Assembly (NCBI GenBank): GCA_002633005.1
Contig: NMRA01000136.1
Coordinates: 784,369 to 848,368, forward strand
DNA: 64,000 bases
DNA from: Phoronis australis
Taxonomy: Eukaryota > Animalia > Phoronida
Reading direction: 5' to 3'
The notes under the pieces were generated by a model. It saw nothing but the letters and a program-made list of their open reading frames with translations, did not search any database and was not told the DNA's origin. This document shows, one piece after another, positions 46,001-57,419 of this stretch. Each line of letters begins with the position of its first letter. Positions within the stretch are counted from its first letter, which is position 1. The translations under genes and the position numbers were made by a program.

Positions 46001-49000
46001 TTAAAATTCCATTTTACTTGAACTGTGCAAGTCTATCATTAGAGTGAAAAGTTCTAAAGATTTTGATCTAGTTTAAAACTCAGTTGCACCAATTCTTAGT
46101 ATTCCTGACATTACATTTCATAACATTCCACTGTACTTTGTGAAACTTTGTTTCTGTTAGATTTCAATTTGTACATGGCTCTTACTAAAAGAACAATCAA
46201 CAACAGTCCAATAAATCCCAAAACTATCCCCAATCCAATCCACAGTTTATATGATGTGTCATTGTCACTATTCGTATTCAGTGTTGTATCCTCTGTAGAG
46301 ATCCCAATTCCTGTAACTTGTGTAATTTTTGTCGTTATGTTAGCACTAATGAAGAGATTCCGCCCCGTAGTGCCAGCATAAGGGTTACTTACTGTCCAAT
46401 GACTAGATGAATTTGTTTTTGGCATGGTTTGACCATTGACATTTGTGGAATGCGTGGACATTTGATTCACCCCGTCCGTTGCACTTGAGTATACCAATGT
46501 AGTCTTCTCATATCCGTCTGCTGATGTCTCTCTTGTCATTTCCTTATGTCCCTTGGCTGACGTCTCTTTTGTTATCTGCTTATATCTGTAAGCTGAAGTC
46601 TCTCTTGTGGATTGCTTATTTCCATCTGTTGATGTCTCTCTTGTTCTTTCCATGTATCCGTCTGCTGATGTGTCTTTTGTCTGCTTGTAGGTGACTGCTG
46701 ATATCTCTCTTGTTGTCTGCTTATATCCGTCTGCTGATGTCTCTTTTGTCATCTGCTTATATCCATCTACTGATGTCTCTCTTGTGGTTCCTTTTCTCTG
46801 TTTACTCATTGCTTCTGTTGTGCCAGATTCCAACTTGGTCATTCTTGTCCCCGTTGCCTTGGTCTGCTTTTCTTGAGATGCTGGCATTGTTGTTTCATTG
46901 TGGCAAAGAGGCACTGGTGATGTCTTGCCAGTTTCCACTGAATCACCATTGGTACTTATTACTTCAGAGGTGTATGGTTTGCTAGTGCTTCCTTCATAAC
47001 TCTTTGTTATACTGGTGACAATTTCAGTCTTGGCTCGTTTGCTTGTGGTTTTGTTTCTCTTGGACATTGTAGACTCTGTTGGATGGCGGACACTGATTTT
47101 TTGTTCTGTTGCAGTCTTGCCAGAAGCAGAGAATGATGCAGTTGATTTTATTGTTGGTATTAGCTTGCTGGTTGACATATCGGCGCTGGTTGATACTTCC
47201 GGAATCTCAACAATAGTGGTTGAGGGCATTTTGATTACTCTGGTTGTGTATGATTGAAGTGTTGATGAAACACCTAAAATAAACAAAACACTCGCATTCA
47301 GGCAAAAAGAGGCACATAATGTCTCAAATCAAAATTGCTTAAACAAAGTGCTTGATTCGCCCCAGTTTTATTGGAACTAAATTACCTTTGACTACTTTAA
47401 CTTGTACAGCTGCAGATGTTACCCCCACTTCTTGTGTGGCAGCAGTGCATAAGTAGTTACCAGTCATGTCATTCTTTGCTGCATTCATTGTCAACACAGC
47501 AGCCATTTCTGTTTTTGACGGGTTAGCTGGCGAGGGAAAGTCTTGTGATGTATAGTTTGGAAGCATCCAATTTACTGTTGGAATGGGATCCCCACTTACT
47601 TCACACACTAGTGAAAAGGAGTGACCTTCAATGGCATACATAATGTCATTGTGTTTAAAAATTTTTATCTCTGGCTTTCTACACTTAAAGGCTGCTGCAC
47701 TTGAGGAGATTCTTGTCGGTGTTGCACACGAAAAATTATAACCTTTGATCCACTTTAACAAACAGTTGCAGTGCCATGGATTGCCATCTAACAACAGTGT
47801 TGTGTTCTTTAACATTTCTTGTAAACTGTCTTCAAATGTCTGAAATAAATTATTTCTGATATTCAGACTATGCAAAGAAAGACCTGCCAGCATTCCTTGG
47901 GTAAAGGTTTTCAATGCATTTTCACTGAGATCCAAATGTCGAAGTTTGGTGAATATGATGAAAGCTTGGTTTTCGATTATCTCCAGACTGCTGTTAGAAA
48001 TTTTTAGCGTGGAAATGTGATTCATTTCTTTCGATCCTGCGAAGGTAATGTTCCTCTGATCTGTTAGTTCGATTTGAAGATGTGAAACGTTGCGGGGAAT
48101 TGTAGGCAAGCAGTGAAGGTAATTTAGTCGACATTTGTAAACTTGGGGGTCACTTAATATGCATTCGCTGTAACACATTGCTTTTGTCAAACTGTGCGTT
48201 GTAAACACAAGCAGTATTAGTATAGAAGCTCTTTGTACTTTTTCCATTGTTGCACTTATGATGTCCATTCATAGCAAGTTGTAGAATAGTTCTGTGGTAC
48301 GGTTGATTATTGATGTCTGTTCTTCAGAAATTTGGCTTCTTGATTTGATGTTCTCACTTGGCCAGTACTCTTGTTCCTGATTTCATTCAGCTAGTGTTCT
48401 CACTTGGCCAATACTCTTGTTCCTGATTTGATGTTCTCACTTGGCCAGTACTCTTGTTCCTGATTTCATTCAGCTAGTTTTCTCTGTTTCATTCTGCCAT
48501 TTCATGCCTTCTCTTTGTGTTTCTTACTGAATCTAATCTCAAATGGGTCCTGTTGAGTGAGACCCATGCTATTTATATCCACGTTTTAAACCTTGTTACG
48601 GGATTAATAGGTTAGCGTAGCACAAGGGATAAAAACTAGCCAGAGTCCAGGCACCCTTGATTAAAGATTCCACAGGATGGATAGTTTTGCTATGATACAG
48701 TAGACTCCCCAAGTTGTTATTAAGGACAACATAGTGAAAATATAAGATTTTTAGAAGATGAGTAAAACAAGTCGCAGGTATCTTTTTAAGTTGATGATCG
48801 CTAAAGGAGTTTGCAATGTAATTGTTTTCTAGTGTAGTGTGTCCGCTTTCGTAGACGATTGCCAAAATATGTTGGGATAGATAGTAGTGTTCCATGTACT
48901 TGGACTGAAATGTTTTACAGGTAATGTAATATGAATTTATTTCATAATTTCATAATAAATTTCATTTCAGTGACTTGTTTGTGTTGCAAAGCAAATGCTC

Positions 49001-52000
49001 AATATCTGTCCTATTTTATCAGTTGTAAGTTGTCAAATATTTTAATTTCATAATAGGATTAAGATTGCATTTATGGATAGTGAGTGTTGGGATATTATCT
49101 GGATATTATCTTTCCCATGACAAGAATTTCTGTGCACTGACATGCTTTCCCATCAATTTTTTCTGCAACATTTATTCCTTCAAGCCACTGACAGTCTCTG
49201 AAATCGCATTGCTGGGGGTTTTCCTAGTTTTTGTGTTTAGTTTACCCAGAGAACAGTTTCGTTACATTTTTTTAATATCGAGCTTTTACCGAGTATGAAG
49301 GGCAAAACCACTGTCTTGTATGTAACCTTGTTTAGGGCATTCCATTTTCCCAGTGAATGCAGTTCCTAATACGTGAATAAGCGTGTGTTTACCTCACCCA
49401 CTGCATTAACTCACATGCACAATCATGTCCTTTTGCAGGCACCCATTATTCCCTTTGTTGGCCTTATTGTTTGAGAAGTGTGAACAGGCCAGTCAGACAC
49501 CAGATTGTCCGTCATCAGAGAGTTTTGACGTCGACATCCAGTCATTTGTACGTCACCAAGAGAAGGATCAACAGCCCTTCTTCAGTGAGGACCCAGAGTT
49601 GGATGGTCTTGTAAGTTGAGTGTGTGTAAGAAGGGCAGAGTTCAAATTTAATGCACAGAATCCTGCGTTCAAGGTCTTCGATGGACTGGAAAATTTGTCA
49701 CGGTCTGCTGAAATTGAAATGTGGAGACTTGTTTCAGTTGATGATGGAGTAATGAATATTTTCAAACTGCTTAAAAAACTTTGAAGTGTTTTGTTGAGTC
49801 ATTCGATGTTCTTGTTAATAACATAAGTAGAGAGCAAAGTGCTGTATTTGGTTTTTCGGTTTTTATCTTGAGAAATGGGGTGAAGTGCAGCTATAGGTGG
49901 CAGCTTAGTACATGAATGGAGGAATCATTTTGAAAAATCCTTCTTTACTTGAAAGCTGCCTCTTTTTTTCAGATGGTCAAGGCGATACAGGTCCTACGCA
50001 TCCACCTGTTGGAACTGGAGAAAGTGAATGAGCTCTGTAAGGACTTCTGTAGTCGTTACATCTCATGTCTTAAAGGTATATTCTTGACATCAATTGAATG
50101 GAAATAACCATTTTGTAATGCATTATATCGAGGATTGATCTGCAGTTAAATTTGGACAAACCTGTCACTTTAAATCAAATGCTAATTTGTTGTATTTTAA
50201 ATAAGACAAAAGGATTTTACCCTGGCCACAAGCAAGGGTGGCGCTGCATGGGGCTTTAGCATAATGTTATGTACTGTTCCTGACTAGTGCATAAGCCTAC
50301 TGTAACACCAGTGTTGGTATTCATGCTTCAGTGCATTCCATTGTCAACCAACTTTTTTACTCGCAGCTATTTTGTCTTGCTAGATTCATTAAATGAATAT
50401 TTATGAATTCCAAAGTTTAATTTGAAGGGAAAATAAACTAACTTTCATTCAGAAAAGTTAATGTTCCTGCAAAAAATCTTAAAACTGACTTGTATTTTGA
50501 AGGTAAACTTCAGAGTGAGAACATTCTTCGAATGGATGGTGATGACTCACCAGTGAGCACACCTCAGCTAGTAACTAGTGGGGGAGGGATGGTGTTACAG
50601 CCTAAGGTCACTCACCAGCCAGCCGTGTCAATGGCAACACTGAATCAGGGTCAGATCGTGTCTGGTGGTACTCTTTACCAAGTTGTGCCTACGCCGCAGG
50701 GAATTGTCGCTCAACCAATACAGGTAAAGTGGTGTTTTAAAAGGGCATTATCTTTTTCACTGCCAAAAAATGCATTTTGTGATTGTTTTTGGGTTGGATT
50801 TTTGTCTGGAAATTATTTCAATTTTAATAAGTAATATAAATTTAAGGAAATCAATATTGTTTTGTAAGTTGTTAAATTTCTGTAACAGCAACAGCAAAAA
50901 TTCTTCATTTTGGAATACAATATAGCAGACAAGTTGAATTTAATTTTCTTGTCAAATTTCCTCACAAAATAACTCATTAAGAAATTTTAATTTTTTTTGT
51001 CAGTGTAGTGGGAATGGTGTGATTGTCACCAAACAGTGTTTGGTGAAATTTTGAGTATTTGCAGCAATCTAGTATGCTTGAAAAGTAGAAAATTGGTGAA
51101 TATAACAATTTTGCCCCTAATTGAAGAATTTTTATGGTAACCATAGAAATTTTGCGAGATAAGAAGCAAGGGAGATGTATTTTTGTCCCACTTTCCTCAG
51201 CGCCATGTTGCTAACCTACATCACTTAGGGAATTTGTCTGAGGTTAGTGAGACCTCATGCTGGTTTTCCATGTGCATGTTTATAGACCTTAGGCAAGGTT
51301 ATGCAACAAGATGGAAAATTTGTTTCTCTTTCCCTGCTCAATTGGGAAACCTACACGTAGTCTATTGAAACTGATTTTCTGCATGTCTCAGTTACAGCAT
51401 TCACAAGTTCCAAACAATACTCCAGTGATCCATGGTAGTACCCCTCTATCTCAGATAGGTATCGCCTCAACACAATCACCTACTACAACTAATAATGTGC
51501 CAAGTAAGTCAATAGTGTTCAGTGTAAAAACGGTTTATCTTAACATCTTGACTTCACAACATTGAGGAGGGCCTTTTGATGTAAATGTTGACGTGGTGGT
51601 GATCAGGGGTTGGTAGTTTTCATCTCTGCTATGCATTAGCATTTTCTGTAGTAAGAGTTTAAAATCATGTTCTCTCTCAAATTGGGCGCACAAATTGATA
51701 GCATCCTCCTGAGGATATCTAGTTGGTTGCTGTTGTTTGATTTTATGCTGCATAAAGTAAAGTTTGCCCCTACTTTGCATCATTCAGTGAATTGCTCTTT
51801 CGTGTTCTCTTTTGTGCTTAAACCTTATTGTTGGATTTTGATCAGTATTTTGTTAATGGTTTCCCCGTAATCTACGTAATACCATTGTCCTGTAGGTAAA
51901 CATTATCTGTTAGCTTGTGATTTTTGATCGCCTTATTGATCCTGTTCTTCCTGCAGATTTAGCCAATGTGACATCCCTCAACATGGATGATGGCTTTGAT

Positions 52001-54322
52001 GATAAAAAAGGAACAAAAAGAGGGGTCCTGCCTAAGCAAGCCACGCAGATTATGAAGTCATGGTTATTTCAACACATAGTCGTAAGTGGTGACTTTTCTA
52101 TTCATTTGTCTACATTGTGTCAGCGACTCTGATGATGAATTCATCGTCTGGGACATTTTGTCTTAATGATTATGGCGTGTACTGTACGGATTGCTTTGGG
52201 TACATTGTACTTGGGCTGTACAAAGTTTAAGACATGCCCTTATTCAGTGGAGAAAACTTGCTCTTAAAATTTGGGAACATTGTGTAAGAATATTACTGAG
52301 AACTGAATCCGGATGCAGGAATCATTTTTAGGCAACGTAATTTGAATTCTAAATGAACATCTTACCGTTATAAAATCAAGACATGTAAACTGTAGTTTGC
52401 TCTGATTAGAAGTGCTTCAGGCCTTTGGAACAGAGGTGACCAATCATAATTGCTGGAGACTTAAAAATTAGGAATTCATTGCCTAGTCAGTCATGCACAT
52501 AAAGCAATGTGACCAAAAGTCTAATGAAAGCAGGCTGCATGGTTCTGTTACCATGCACCAGATGGAGTTACTTGTCGTTATTGGTAAGCTCCATTGTTTC
52601 AATGTATTTTTATCATTTTTTGCAGCATCCATATCCCACAGAAGATGAAAAACGACAAATTGCACAACAGACAAACTTATCATTACTACAAGTTAACAAT
52701 TGGTAAGCCAAGATGGGATACTGATACTTTTGTTTGTAGACTTTTTATGTAGATTATTGTAGATACATCATGGCCCAAACTATGCTAATGAGTCAAAATC
52801 ATAATTATTAAGTAAAAGGAAATGAGTGTAGCCTTAAAGAGCTGGCCTCAGATATTACTCTTTAGATGTTAACTATATCATTACCTGGCATATGAAGCCG
52901 TACCAGTTTCAGAGAAAGTATTATCATAATATATGTCTCACCCTTGTTGAAAAACAATTTTTAAGAGAACGTTTAGCCATACAAAAGCTTTTCACATTGC
53001 AGTTGTATGGTGCAACAAAAGATATTTCATGGCTTGTATAATGCAACAAAAGATGTACCATGGCTTGTATGGTGCAACAAAAGATGTACCATGGTGAGGG
53101 TCTGTTTCATGAAAACTGTCTTAAGAAAGAAATTTGGTCTTGTGCTCGACTCAACTATTTTTGAAAAATGATTAAATCTCATTTGAACAAAACGCAAAGA
53201 CTCTGTTATGCACTCTTAAAATAACCTGGCAAAACATTTACTTAGAAATTGTGAAATGGGAGAGTCACGCCAAATTTCTGTCTTAGGTCACTTTCATGAA
53301 ATGGATCCCAACTCTGATGGTGAATATTATATACAACCCCTTAAAAACTGAAGGATATTTTTGTTGTCCTATGTAAATAATTGATGCTGAATTTACTAAG
53401 CACTATGTCTCTCTAAGGTGTCTCTTCAATGTTTGGAGTTTGGCTCAATCTTTTTTAATGAGGCATTCCAAAGTCCTGTAAAAGCTTTGGTATAAATTGT
53501 AACTAAGGTTTTTACACTATCATGTTGTAGGTTCATCAATGCAAGGCGAAGAATTCTACAGCCTATGCTTGATGCCAGCAACCCTGAACAGACAAAGGCA
53601 AAGAAAAATAAATCACACTCTCGGCCAGTGACGCGGTTCTGGCCAGAGAGTATAGCCAATATGCAGCCTCAATCTGCAACCACAGCTGTCACGTCACCCA
53701 CAGAGGCACCGCCCACTGATGTCATTTCATCCCAACCTCAACCAATCATATTACCTCCTGGAACCAGTAAGTATTCCCACAGCAACCAAGACCCACATTT
53801 TTATTCATTAGCCACAACTGTTAAATTTTGTCATATGCAAATCCTGAAGAATGCAAAAATTATCTAACCTGACACCAGTGCATTTAGCTAATGCACTTAT
53901 GTTTTTCAACTTTTCTTGCCACTCCTTGAGCTCTATAGGAAGTAAACACATAACCATTATGTAATGGATGTTTTTAATCCTGGGGAACAAATGAATACTT
54001 TTATATAATTAGAAGGTTCATTTTGGTTATTTAGTTTGAAATCTGAATAAGTTATTCGTTGTTAATCCAGTTTTCAATGAATAGAGATGCATTGTTGTTG
54101 TTGCTGTTATAATTGTTATTGTTATTATTGTTGTTATCATAATGTAATTGGACATCAACGTGAAATGTGTGTTGTTTACTTTCAGTTATAACTACAGATG
54201 GCCAAGTGTTGAATGTGTCTACTGGTCAGCCTGTAACCATAGGTGCTCTTCAGACTTCGGTTGTCAATCAAAATACGTTAGAAGGAGAGTCAAAAAATAC
54301 TGAAGTGCCTACAGACACATGA
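43040..54322 (+). CDS. PKNOX: TALE-class homeobox protein PKNOX/Prep (MEINOX domain plus homeodomain)
   Basis: Exons 43040-43146, 44124-44213, 49439-49610, 49973-50075, 50503-50723, 51392-51503, 51957-52081, 52626-52702, 53531-53766, 54186-54322 (TGA). MEIS/HM domain [23 protein letters not shown]...[30 protein letters not shown]. Homeodomain [60 protein letters not shown] is typical of PKNOX. The start codon is inferred. Confidence 0.95.
44777..46004. repeat. Two diverged ~290-bp direct copies (44777-45070 and 45716-46004) of a dispersed repeat
   Basis: Both begin ggtcaaaggtcRcattttc, share acaagcagttgacagat and agaaccacttt, and end ctttaa. Confidence 0.75.
46111..48268 (-). CDS. LRR-Ig transmembrane receptor with mucin-like stalk (~681 aa), nested antisense in a PKNOX intron
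   Basis: Exon 1, 48268-47386: hydrophobic signal peptide, Cys-rich LRRNT, LRRs ([27 protein letters not shown]), LRRCT ([15 protein letters not shown]) and an Ig I-set domain ([15 protein letters not shown]...[10 protein letters not shown]). A 112-nt phase-1 GT-AG intron follows. Exon 2, 47273-46111: S/T-rich stalk, [23 protein letters not shown], and a short basic tail. Confidence 0.9.
46500..46790 (-). repeat. 39-bp coding repeat (13-aa [13 protein letters not shown]) x~7 in the receptor stalk
   Basis: Visible in both the DNA (atccgtctgctgatgtctctcttgt) and the translation. Confidence 0.85.
48341..48478. repeat. Compound tandem repeat just upstream of the nested LRR-Ig gene
   Basis: Three copies of tgttctcacttggccaRtactcttgttcctgattt. 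Confidence 0.85.
53098..53309. mobile_element. MITE, GGGTCCATTTCATGAAA-TIR family (copy 2)
   Basis: Inverted ends gggtctgtttcatgaaa and tttcatgaaatggatccc. Confidence 0.55.
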
Positions 54323-55997
54323 CTAGTGAAGAACACTATTGGACCATTGCATTGACTTCAACAGCAAAGAATTTACGCTATGGTGATGTTGCTGTAATGT
54401 TCAATGGCACCGTTGTTCATTTTCTGCCACCTCATGCATTTGTAATGTACAATCATTGCTTTGAGGAAAGTGCACATTGTTTGTGAGCTGGAACAAATTC
54501 GCATTTACATGTTTAAGAGTATCATTGCTTAGAAACGGTTAATATAAGATTGTTTATTACGATTTGGGAGTTGAGTTTTATTAAATTATTTGTAGTATAT
54601 AAATGAATATATTGTATGATATTGTTTTTATGTGGTTGATAGTTGGTTTACTGAGAACTGCCATTTTAGTTAATATTTCTTGACAAATGTAGCATAGTTG
54701 GTGCTTTATTATGTCAGGCATTTTTACTACTTTTTAATTGGCTGATTAGGCTGTGATGGGTTTGACTTTATTTACTACACAAAACATTCTGCTCACTGAG
54801 TGTGTCCAAATACAACTTTGTATCAATTCATCAAGGTAAGACAATTCTCTACTAATAGAATGGTGTTCTGAAAATTATGAGTGCATTATTTTATAAAAAT
54901 AATCAATTAAGATTTTTGTAATGTTGAGCCATACTGTGTTTGCAGACAGTATTGGATTCCATCGTATTTTATGTTCATAATATGTACGTCATGTTATCAG
55001 GACACTGAACAGTTGCCATGGTGATTTCACCTCTGACCGCTTCTGCTGCCCGCTTTTGAACAATTAGTCTGCCCGGAAATAATAGGATTATTATTATTCA
55101 GCTAGAACATTTTTTGTCATGTAACAATAAAGAATTTTACTGCCTCGTGGCATCGGCCATGTGCACCAGTTTAGTAGAAGTGTAATATTTCCGGCTGGTT
55201 CCAAAATTTTTTGTTGTCACTCATCATGATGAGTTAATGATATTTTGGCCGATTACTTTTGGCATTCACTGTATCCTTCATCAACCATCATTCAAGCTGC
55301 TCTGATTGTGAATTCCATCTGCACTCAACTGTCATGACAGGAAGTTCCACTTACACCCAGCCAGCATGGCGCGGCATTGCAGGTCATTTTGTTCAATTCT
55401 GGTGTTTACTGTACATGTACATAGCACTGCCATAATTAAAGGCGCAATAAACCTGCATTTTCTGTCAACATCTTCGTTTAGGGTTGAGAAATGATTTCTA
55501 GACTCAACAATTGACTCGTTTTTATTGCTTCAAACAAAGCTCATTTAATTGGTTGTCACTGCAAGTTATGTTTTAGCAATCATGGCAGCATGGACAACAG
55601 GGCGTTTTGTAACAAGTTTCTATTCAAACAAAGAATAAGAACGCAATGACGTTGCTTTGTTAGAGCAAATACACCTGTGAAGAATTTTCAACATGATTCA
55701 GTGTCCTGTTGACTTTGGTAACTTTACAGCCACTTGTGGAGATTCAGCTTATCTGCGTTATTTCAGATTTCATTTGACCCTCATCATTTCAATATCCTTT
55801 TCTTCAACTTTTTTGCCTGTATTTTGATTTTATCAAGTTGTTTAGTTACATTAAGCGAACTAAATGTATTATTTGGTGCTATCTTTGATAAAACCTGACT
55901 GAATTCTTGAAAATAACTCTCAAGATGGTAGATCTTTCAAACGAATGGTTTTAGTTAGACGTAATTTAATGAGCTTTGGTTATTTTGTAATCACTTA

Positions 55998-56523
55998 GGG
56001 CTGTTCCAGCAAAATCTGTGTGGGAGGGGAGGAAGGCAACTGAAATAAAAATTTATGGGTGGTTGCGTTTGATTTAAATTCAAAATGGCTGGTGGTCGTA
56101 CTTCAAAAAAATAAAAATTTACAGGTCGTTGTTTCATTGGACCATAAATGTTTGATGATGGGTAATTTTAGTAAATTTTATAAATAATCTGCACAGAATC
56201 AAAAACAGAAACAAAAATGCAACTTGCTAAAAGCTCCGACTTTTTCACTCCCTCCGATCTCCCCATCAGCATGCCCATAACACCAGTCAACCACAGGCGC
56301 TCGATGGCTAATAACCATATATAAGAAACATATGTTTTCTTAGTAATGAATGACGTTAGTGGTGATGGAGGAACAGATAAACTCAAGCGCCTGTGCAGTC
56401 AACCACAAGAACAAAAAAAAAATTACGGGTGGTAGGCTGAAGAAATAAATGAAAAATATGGGTAGTGGGTGCGAAAAAAAGGTGCCTTCCCCCCCTCCCA
56501 TACAGATTTTACTGGAACAGCCC
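55998..56523. mobile_element. PIF/Harbinger-type MITE with TTA TSD
   Basis: ~40-bp TIRs gggctgttccagcaaaatctgtgtgggagggg / cccctcccatacagattttactggaacagccc, with TTA on both sides. Confidence 0.8.
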
Positions 56524-57419
56524 TTAAGAAGTCAGCATATTTTGGTAAAATGTAGTATTGTATTTATTTAAAACTGTGGTCAGTGTCCAAACTTGGTAAT
56601 GTTGATGGTTAAAGTACGTTTTATAGTCCTATATGGTCATAAGAGTCATGTGGTTGGGATGCATTGTTCTGGGCTTGCTGTTGGTCCCAAGGTTGATAGT
56701 TATGTATGGAACAGCAGGGACAGGGTTAGGAGAATTAAATTGTTGGTTGTTTTGATTGGATTGTCATTAATTATTTGCACACATTCATTCATTAGTTCAT
56801 CGAAAGATATCAACAAAATATAATCATGGAGTTGAGAGAGTGAAAGAAGAGCATAGTTGTTTTACCAACCTTAATAAATAATTTTATTCAAAACATTAGA
56901 ATAAAATTTCAACAAAAATACAGATAAAGGTTAAATCTCATAAAAAGATGACTTGTCTGATCAGCGACCTTGAGACACACTGTGCTAATACTTGGTACCA
57001 CAGGAAAATCAGCACAAAAATATTTTCTGATCATTAGGCACTTTGTTCAAGAGCGACAGCTTTAGCTATAGGAACAAAAAAAAAAACAATCTGCAAAAGG
57101 CCTACCCTTAACAACAGGTCACCCTTAACGTCAAAAATTCTTATTTTGGACACAATATAACCAACAACAGGAATTTCACTTGCCATGACTGATGAATCTA
57201 CATTTCCACGTAACTTTACACTTGTGAAAAAATACAGCATGGTCAATAAAATAGCTTGCCGACTAACTCCAATGGTAAAACTTGTGGAAACTGGGTGAAA
57301 CGAACTAAAATATAGCTACAAACAGTAATTAGCTGAATTTCAACAATGCAAATTTAACTATATCTACTATTACACCAATTCTTAGAAGTTGCTTAATGAA
57401 TGAGGTTACAGATCATGAC

